A stretch of 64,000 nt of DNA, from assembly GCA_050013255.1 (NCBI GenBank), contig JBEKFP010000001.1:1184001-1248000 (forward strand), in the 5' to 3' direction. This stretch comes from Candidatus Bathyarchaeia archaeon (GTDB lineage: Archaea; Thermoproteota; Bathyarchaeia; 40CM-2-53-6). This document shows, in pieces, positions 58,007 to 64,000 of the stretch (position 1 is the first letter of the stretch; the number at the start of each line of letters is the position of its first letter). A model generated the notes under the pieces. It worked only from the letters and a program-made list of their open reading frames with translations. It searched no databases and had not been told where the DNA came from. The position numbers were made by a program, and so were the translations under genes.

Positions 58007-58294
58007 CTAGCGGCGTGAAATTTCGAGTAGGCGTTTCTCCCAGCCTTTGCTGTTGAAGAAGGTTGTACCATCTTCGAAGTCAGACATTCCGAGGAAATCT
58101 CTTTCCGCCTGTCGAGACGTGCTTATCGAGATCTTGCAATCAAAAGGAGGTTCGACTGGGTTAGGAGGCAGGTCTGGCAAATCCACTATTGCGAATGCAT
58201 GGTCTGTCCTCTCGTTGATCCTCAAGAAAAGCAACACGTATCGTTTCTTAAGCCATTCCTGAATGGCGACAGAATCGCATTTTCCCATAATCAA
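58007..58294 (-). CDS. Hypothetical protein, possibly a fragment
   Basis: 95-aa TTG ORF with no recognised motif. Confidence 0.3.
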   Translation of the reverse strand: MIMGKCDSVAIQEWLKKRYVLLFLRINERTDHAFAIVDLPDLPPNPVEPPFDCKISISTSRQAERDFLGMSDFEDGTTFFNSKGWEKRLLEISRR

Positions 58295-58579
58295 TCCACA
58301 GGGGGGTCTTCGTCAACTGGCGATAATAAGGTCTAACGGAGAAGTCCAGTTCGTGACGATTAGCTAATTTGGGCGTTCCTAGCGTGTGTATACAATCGTA
58401 CGGGTGAGGCAATTTGAACTGCGATTTGTGGCGGCGGTAATTCATCTTGTCGGCTGGGACATAGAATTGTGAGACTAGGTTTCCTCAGAAGCTGGTATGG
58501 TTCTTTGGCAGGTCTCACCGAAGTAAGGAAGGCTTAAGGGTGTCTCTGGCTGCATGGCGCAATTCGGTCGTCATCTAGA

Positions 58580-58903
58580 ATGCAGTTCTGCCCGAAATGC
58601 AGTCTCGCGCTTATTCCAACGAAGAAGGAAAAGTTTGTTGTGCTAGCATGCCCTAAATGCGGGCAAGAAACGAGGCGCTCGGATCCTATGATACAGAAAT
58701 TCGGAAAGGCCAAGGAATCCGTCGTGGTAATCGGTAAGGAGGAGAGGAGCATACAGACTCTCCCGACCATGAAAGTTAGCTGCCAAAAATGCGGGCATGG
58801 AGAAGCTTTCTATTGGATGGTGCAAACGCGCGGGGGGGATGAAGCCTCGACTCAATTCTTCAGGTGCGCCAAATGCGGAGCAACATGGCGCGAATATTCA
58901 TAA
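58580..58903 (+). CDS. tfs: Transcription factor S (TFS/RpoM)
   Basis: Two zinc ribbons; QTRGGDE acidic hairpin; WREY. Confidence 0.93.
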   Translation: MQFCPKCSLALIPTKKEKFVVLACPKCGQETRRSDPMIQKFGKAKESVVVIGKEERSIQTLPTMKVSCQKCGHGEAFYWMVQTRGGDEASTQFFRCAKCGATWREYS

Positions 58904-58909
58904 TTCTTC

Positions 58910-59173
58910 CTAAGTCTGCTTCGCGTTAGTGCCGTCTCTTGCTTCCTTGATCTCCGTCTTGATCCTTTCCCGCGTTAGTCCCGCTGACAGAGCGCTCCTG
59001 AAAATTCCTTTTCTCAACTCTTTGCAGGAATCCCTCAATGCAAGATAGCGCAGCGATTTGTCGCCGTTGCCACTCTTAATCTCTTCGAACAGGCCGTCAC
59101 ACTCGTTTTCCCGTTCAGCCAGGTCATGGATTCTCTCGTCGAATTCATCGAAACCTGTCGTCATCACAATCAC
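58910..59173 (-). CDS. Small helical hypothetical protein
   Basis: 87-aa charged ORF; GAGG upstream of start and TTTATA box. Confidence 0.55.
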   Translation of the reverse strand: MIVMTTGFDEFDERIHDLAERENECDGLFEEIKSGNGDKSLRYLALRDSCKELRKGIFRSALSAGLTRERIKTEIKEARDGTNAKQT

Positions 59174-59616
59174 AGCCTCATTGTTCTGGTTGGTATAAAG
59201 TACTTAGGCCAACTAGAATCGCATAAACAGGTGAATAATTGTTTCAGGTTGCCGTCAAAGTTGCAAATACGTCATTGTGAGTGTATACGGTAACTTGAAC
59301 GCGACGTGGATTAAAGGTTACCCGACTCTGCCGCTTGCGCCTGGAGAAGCCATGCGGATTAACATGAACACACTAGCAACCCTTGTGCCAGAGTAGAAGG
59401 TTAGGGTTGCGTCAGCAAGCGGGCAAACCGACTTGACAAATTCGTGGTCGAAGCTTAAAACCGCGCCCCAGGCATAGACTTCGAAACGCGGCAACAAATC
59501 CCAACGTCATCCACCAACCGTGGACACTGCGCGGTTTCTAAAACAGCTTAACCTCACACGCCCACAGAACGCAACGAAAACACAACCCCACAATACTTTG
59601 TGGGGTGCTCTTCCTA

Positions 59617-59904
59617 TTACTCTTCGTCGTTGTCCTTGTCAGAATCTTCTTCTTCCTCGCCTGCCGTGGCTGCCACTTTTTCTGAAGTTTCAACCTTCTC
59701 GAAAGATTGCAAGGCTTCTTGAAGCTCTTCTTCGGTTATTTTACCCGCGACGAAAAGTATGTCGTTGATCCATTCAGACACGAGGGCTTCGATGTTTGCT
59801 GCGGGGACCAACGGATGCTTCTGGAGGGCGGCTTGAAGCTCGGTGAAGAGCTGGTCTAGCTCGACGCCGTCAACCTGCTGTTTTTTTCCGTAAACGAACT
59901 TCAA
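59617..59904 (-). CDS. Small acidic hypothetical protein
   Basis: 95 aa, poly-Glu/Asp tail. Confidence 0.7.
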   Translation of the reverse strand: MKFVYGKKQQVDGVELDQLFTELQAALQKHPLVPAANIEALVSEWINDILFVAGKITEEELQEALQSFEKVETSEKVAATAGEEEEDSDKDNDEE

Positions 59905-60029
59905 TTAGGCCACTAGCTCGCCCTGTCTCATCTAGGCTGGGCTCAATGATGGTTGACTAGATAATCTTTAAGACTTGCCACACGCGCTGTCGACGCGGAC
60001 CCTTACGGGTGAACTTGTTTGGCCTGGAG

Positions 60030-60171
60030 GCGGGGGTAAGGTTCAGCATGAATCTCCCTAGAGCCAAGCCAGGTCTAAGGCGCAGGACTGAACACTCCTA
60101 AACGTTTCGAGTGTGTCCAGAGGCTCCTGTCCCGCAGGGGTTCCGGGGTTCGAATCCCCGCCCCCGCACCA
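60030..60171 (+). tRNA. tRNA-Leu(GAG) with two non-canonical introns (8/9: 60038-60061; 34/35: 60091-60120), CCA encoded
   Basis: Spliced GCGGGGG TA GCC AAGCCAGGTCTAA GGC G CAGGA CT GAG GC TCCTG T CCCGCAGGGG TT CCGGGG TTCGAAT CCCCG CCCCCGC A CCA, long variable arm; both junctions form BHB-type motifs. Confidence 0.9.
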
Positions 60172-60321
60172 AACCCACATGGCTATTCGCGCCGAGTATG
60201 CGCAGATTTTGCGCAACAGGGGCGAGTTCTAAACGCGGTTTCCTGCACTGGTTTTCTAAAGAGCGTTTGAACCCGCAGTTCATACGCAGAATGTGAGACA
60301 CTCAGATAACCTCTGACCGTT

Positions 60322-61398
60322 TCAGAGCATTTTCCCTCTAGCGGCCACAGACCAAGTAGCAATGACCACATTGCCTCTAACCGCGTGGATCTGTTCGAAC
60401 ATGTTTGTGGCCGTGCATGCATGGTAAGGCACGAACTGAACGTGATCTCCTACGTGAAAGCCTGAATCCTTTGCCTCAAGTGTCAGGTGTTCCTCGTGGA
60501 TCTCAATGGCTTTCATGCTTTCGGTATCGAGGGGTTCTGGAAACCTTCCTTGGTCATGTGCGAAGGCTTTGTTGCCTGCATCAACGACCACTCTTCCGGC
60601 GACGGGGGTGCTGATGACTGTTGTGAGAACACGTTGGGCACAATCCCGCAATTTCGCGGAACCGAGCTCTGTCTGCATTACGTCGTAGAAGACGTAGTTA
60701 CCCGGCTGCAGTTCTGTGACGCCGTCGACTTCAGCAACTGCCTTAGCCGTTGGTGTCGACCCACAACTGAGTACTGGAATTTCTATGCCGGATTTGCGAA
60801 TTCGTTTTGCAGTCTCAATAAACCGCCCTATCGTTCGCTTCGCAAGTAAGTCCCTACGCTTAACGTTCGGGATTTCATAGAACTGTCCTTCGTACGTCAT
60901 CAATCCGTCTAGCCGCAATCCAGCGACCTTGGATACTTCTCGTGTCAAGTTGGCAACTGCGGGGCCCAACGGGACGCCGCAACGTCTCATCCCACAATCA
61001 ACATCGATGAGGACGGGGACCGTTTGACCGTTTGCTGCTGCCACCTTTCCTATTGCTTCAGCAACTTTCAGCGAGTCAACGGCAACTTTCACGCTGGCTT
61101 TCTGTTGAAGTCTCACTAGGCGTTCTATCTTTGTTGGTTGCACTATCTCGTTCGTGATGAATACGTCTTTGATTCCGGCGTCAACCATGACTTCTGCTTC
61201 GCTTAGCCTTTGAGCGCATATGCCCGACGCACCTTCGGCCAGTTCTATCTTGGCAATTTCAGGGCATTTGTGGGTCTTCAAGTGTGGTCTCAACGCGACG
61301 CCGTTGCGGGAGGCGGTTGCCTGCATGTCCTTGATGTTTCGAAGCATTTTGCCATAATCTACGAGCAATGCTGGGGTTTCCAAATCAGAAATGTTCAC
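60322..61398 (-). CDS. Fold-type III PLP enzyme, D-threonine aldolase/D-serine dehydratase (DSD1) family
   Basis: ETPALL, RPHLKTHK, MRRCGV, GSTPT, PGNYVFYD, EEH, HAC. Confidence 0.9.
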   Translation of the reverse strand: MNISDLETPALLVDYGKMLRNIKDMQATASRNGVALRPHLKTHKCPEIAKIELAEGASGICAQRLSEAEVMVDAGIKDVFITNEIVQPTKIERLVRLQQKASVKVAVDSLKVAEAIGKVAAANGQTVPVLIDVDCGMRRCGVPLGPAVANLTREVSKVAGLRLDGLMTYEGQFYEIPNVKRRDLLAKRTIGRFIETAKRIRKSGIEIPVLSCGSTPTAKAVAEVDGVTELQPGNYVFYDVMQTELGSAKLRDCAQRVLTTVISTPVAGRVVVDAGNKAFAHDQGRFPEPLDTESMKAIEIHEEHLTLEAKDSGFHVGDHVQFVPYHACTATNMFEQIHAVRGNVVIATWSVAARGKML

Positions 61399-61517
61399 AG
61401 CCCGTCACTTTAGCACAGTCTGACTTATGATGCTACTAAGATTTTTGGGCAACAGCACAACAGGGCGCCTACTTCATATGTGAAACACATCGCCCAATCT
61501 GCTGGAGGAAAGGTTCG

Positions 61518-61931
61518 ATGCGACTGATAATTCGAAACGGGGTAATCGTCGACGGCACCCGTGCCCCACGTTTTTGAGGCGATGTGGCTGTGGAACATGG
61601 CAGAATCGATTCAGTCTCACGGAACGGTGGCCTGCAAGGCGACGAGCGTATCGACGCGAATGGCCTGATCGTTGCCCCAGGCTTCATTAATATTCACACT
61701 CACTCAGTTTTCCCGCTGTTGATGAATCTGAAGGCGGACAGCTATGTTCGGCAGGGAGTAACTACCTTTGTTCTCGGGGCTTGCGGACGTTCCTGCGCGC
61801 CGGTTAACGACGCCACGAGAGATTTGCTGCTCAAGGACATAATCGGCTATGATTCTCGGCTACCGATCAGGAAACTGGGAGCAAAACGCGACCTAGAGAA
61901 AGCAGAAGCCAAACTAGCAGCCCGCACATGA
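61518..61931 (+). pseudogene. N-acyl-D-amino-acid deacylase pseudogene
   Basis: IIRNGVIVDGT...RF*GDVAV (in-frame TGA 61575-61577), APGFINIHTHS, QGVTT; similarity ends after ~120 codons. Confidence 0.85.
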
Positions 61932-62281
61932 CCGGCACACACAGGCAGTAAATTGGGGTCAGAATCCCCTGCCTCAACTCTGAGGGTATCGCCGCTACTT
62001 GCGGATTATGAGGGTTCAAACGTGGGTGTAAAGCTAAAACCCCGCACCATGGTACACACACAGATTCGGGACAGGGCCTACATCGAAGGCTATTCTCTTT
62101 ACAGTCAGGTGCTTTAGGATCGGGTTATGGGTAGTGAAGCCGAAACACATGAGGAGAGTCGGCGAGGGCACCCTAATGGTAACGTGTTTTGTTCCCTAAA
62201 CGAAGTCCCCGAAGAACAAAGTCAAAATCACCGATACGAAAGCAGCAGAATACATAACGCTATCTGCATTGCCGGCGTATT

Positions 62282-63247
62282 TTGGGAACTCGCATACTAG
62301 CAGCGACGGTGTTCACAGTGGACGGCTCTGCTTGGATCCTGGAATCTCTGGTGATTGTTGTCGGTTTGAGTATCTTCGAAGTCGTGAACAGTGTGGACAA
62401 CGCCATCATCAACTCCGAGGTCCTCTCCACAATGCCCGCGAAATCACGGAAGTGGTTCCTCACATGGGGAATCATCATCGCCGTCTTTCTCGTCAGGGGC
62501 CTCCTCCCAATTCTCATCCTGTGGGGCAGCAATCCGAACCTCAGCTTTCTCGAGGTCGTAACGGCAATGGTCAGCTCCAACCCGGCGTTGGTCGAAGCCG
62601 TCGAGACATCCGCCCCAGTCTTGTTGATTGGCGGTGGAACTTTCTTGGTGTTCCTTTTCTTTTCCTGGTTGTTTCTTGAGCCGAAACACTATGGCTTGAG
62701 GGGGGAAGCCGTGATTCAGAAGCATGGAGTATGGTTCTACGCGGCAGTCTCGATTTTTCTCGCTATCGTGGTATGGTTTAGCATTTGGGATAATCCCGCG
62801 ATGGCCTTCGGAGCCGTCGTTGGTTCTACTGGGTTCTTCATAACTCACGGGTTCAAGGAGAACGCGGCTCAAATGGAGAACAGGGTACTCAGCGGATCGA
62901 CCCACATGTCCGCAATAAGCAAGCTGCTCTATCTGGAAGTGATAGATTCAACATTCTCCATCGACGGCGTGCTAGGCGCCTTCGCCTTCACCCTCGCAGT
63001 TCCCCTGATACTCATTGGAAATGGCATCGGGGCAATAGTTGTTAGGCAGCTCACACTGAGCAACATCGAGAAAGTGAAGAAGTATAAGTACCTGAAGAAC
63101 GGCGCGATGTACTCCGTCTTCGCGCTCGGGATAATAATGATTCTTGACAGCTTCAATGTTCACATCCCAACTTGGTTTTCGCCCGTGGTCACATTCTTGA
63201 TAATCGGCTATTTCTTCCACAAGTCAAGACGCGCTTATCACCTCTGA
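62282..63247 (+). CDS. DUF475/TerC-like integral membrane protein
   Basis: FE..NSVDNAIIN, LYLEVIDSTFSIDGVLGAFA, YLKNGAMYS. Confidence 0.9.
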   Translation: MGTRILAATVFTVDGSAWILESLVIVVGLSIFEVVNSVDNAIINSEVLSTMPAKSRKWFLTWGIIIAVFLVRGLLPILILWGSNPNLSFLEVVTAMVSSNPALVEAVETSAPVLLIGGGTFLVFLFFSWLFLEPKHYGLRGEAVIQKHGVWFYAAVSIFLAIVVWFSIWDNPAMAFGAVVGSTGFFITHGFKENAAQMENRVLSGSTHMSAISKLLYLEVIDSTFSIDGVLGAFAFTLAVPLILIGNGIGAIVVRQLTLSNIEKVKKYKYLKNGAMYSVFALGIIMILDSFNVHIPTWFSPVVTFLIIGYFFHKSRRAYHL

Positions 63248-63394
63248 AGAATTCAAGTTGCTAACGTTCTGCCCGAAATGCGGGAACACACTCGCCTAGC
63301 CGAAACTGGCAAAGTGGGGTCAAAATCCCATGCCCCATCTTTTCTTTGGGAGATTGTCTATTTATCCGGTTAAACCTACTAGAAGCAACCGAGT

Positions 63395-63664
63395 TTGTCG
63401 ATTATGAAGGGAGTCATTGGGAAGAAGTTCTTCGTAGATTCAGTTGCTTCAGCAATCTTCTGGACATTAGTATACATCCCTGTCTTTGCCTACACATCAA
63501 AGTCCGTAGAGCTAGCTCTAGTGGGTCTCGGCTCGGCAGCTTTGATTGAGATATTGTTTGGTGGAGCTTATGGAAGATTCCTTGATTGGTTCAGAAGGGC
63601 GTTCGGCATCAAAAACACCCAATCTGAAACACCCTCACGTAGTCTTGTGGGCAACAGAACTTGA
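63395..63664 (+). CDS. Small membrane protein, AlaE (alanine exporter)-like half
   Basis: FFVDS.A...FW, G..YGRFLDWFRR. Confidence 0.55.
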   Translation: MSIMKGVIGKKFFVDSVASAIFWTLVYIPVFAYTSKSVELALVGLGSAALIEILFGGAYGRFLDWFRRAFGIKNTQSETPSRSLVGNRT

Positions 63665-63789
63665 TTACACTAGAATGTGGTCGAACACGAGATTTTTGTC
63701 GGCGTTCTCTATGGTGATTGGTGTTTCAAGGATCGTTTGAATACCATATGTAGGAGGCTTGATGAGTCGTCCCCAAATCAATTCGAGCG

Positions 63790-63999
63790 GTGGAGGAAAG
63801 AGGCGCATTGCATGAGGGAGCGTGGTACGCGAAGAGCGGCGGCAAGATTCGCGAACTGTATACCATCATGCATTTGCCATACACGTCGATGGTTCTCTCT
63901 TACGTTTTGATCGGCGCAGCCGTTTCGCCCTCGATGCACCCGTCCCGACTAATCCTAACACTATTAGCCTATTTCCTGGGGCTGGGGCTTTCGGCTCAC
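63790..63999 (+). CDS. UbiA-like membrane protein, 3' truncated by window edge
   Basis: Open frame AWYAK...MHLPYTSMVLSYVLIGA...RLILTLLAYFLGLGLSAH. Confidence 0.6.
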   Translation, partial: MEERGALHEGAWYAKSGGKIRELYTIMHLPYTSMVLSYVLIGAAVSPSMHPSRLILTLLAYFLGLGLSAH

Positions 64000-64000
64000 G

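Noticed and set aside
58007-58445. Frameshifted single gene across the G6 run at 58301
   Set aside because: Neither joined frame gives a recognisable protein
61575-61577. Selenocysteine/readthrough at in-frame TGA
   Set aside because: Not a Cys position and the gene is also truncated; a simple nonsense mutation is more likely
62125-62176. yybP-ykoY (Mn) riboswitch upstream of the TerC-like gene
   Set aside because: Only a modest hairpin (gggt/accc, gccga/tcggc); conserved riboswitch loop sequences not found
63258-63300. FCPKCGNTL zinc-ribbon remnant sharing 16 nt with tfs (58585-58600)
   Set aside because: Stops after 13 codons; identity is explainable by a common FCPKC motif
431-63910. 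Numerous antisense and alternate-frame ORFs in the supplied track
   Set aside because: Shadows of well-supported genes with no motifs

Overview
Archaeal chromosomal segment of the TACK type, most likely Bathyarchaeia-like. The assignment is inferred from archaeal uL3, Alba, TFS, a single-TRAM protein, SAMP, BHB-intron tRNAs, GGAGGTGA ribosome-binding sites and frequent TTG starts. The main feature is a ~30 kb putative nucleoside/purine (N-heterocycle) catabolic island at 8.8-38.8 kb in which almost every function is duplicated: two BMP-type ABC importers, two xanthine-dehydrogenase-family LMS trimers plus CoxG, two cyclase-family hydrolases, two GNAT-like orphans and two deaminases. It also carries a FdrA/YlbE/YlbF (oxamate carbamoyltransferase-like) set, a SAMP/MoaD and a divergent UPRTase-like protein. 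Further right lie a small-ORF accessory patch (44.7-48.1 kb) organised by inward-facing G-string repeats, a HypD-type glycyl radical enzyme next to proline dehydrogenase, and two double-intron tRNAs: Thr-CGT and Leu-GAG, the latter with introns at 8/9 and inside the anticodon. Also present are a decayed tRNA 3' end, a solo Cas4-like nuclease that apparently needs a non-canonical start, an orphan rpl3 and three Cys-rich microproteins missed by the ORF track. No CRISPR array, integrase or transposase was seen. All family assignments come from motif recognition by eye, not from database searches.
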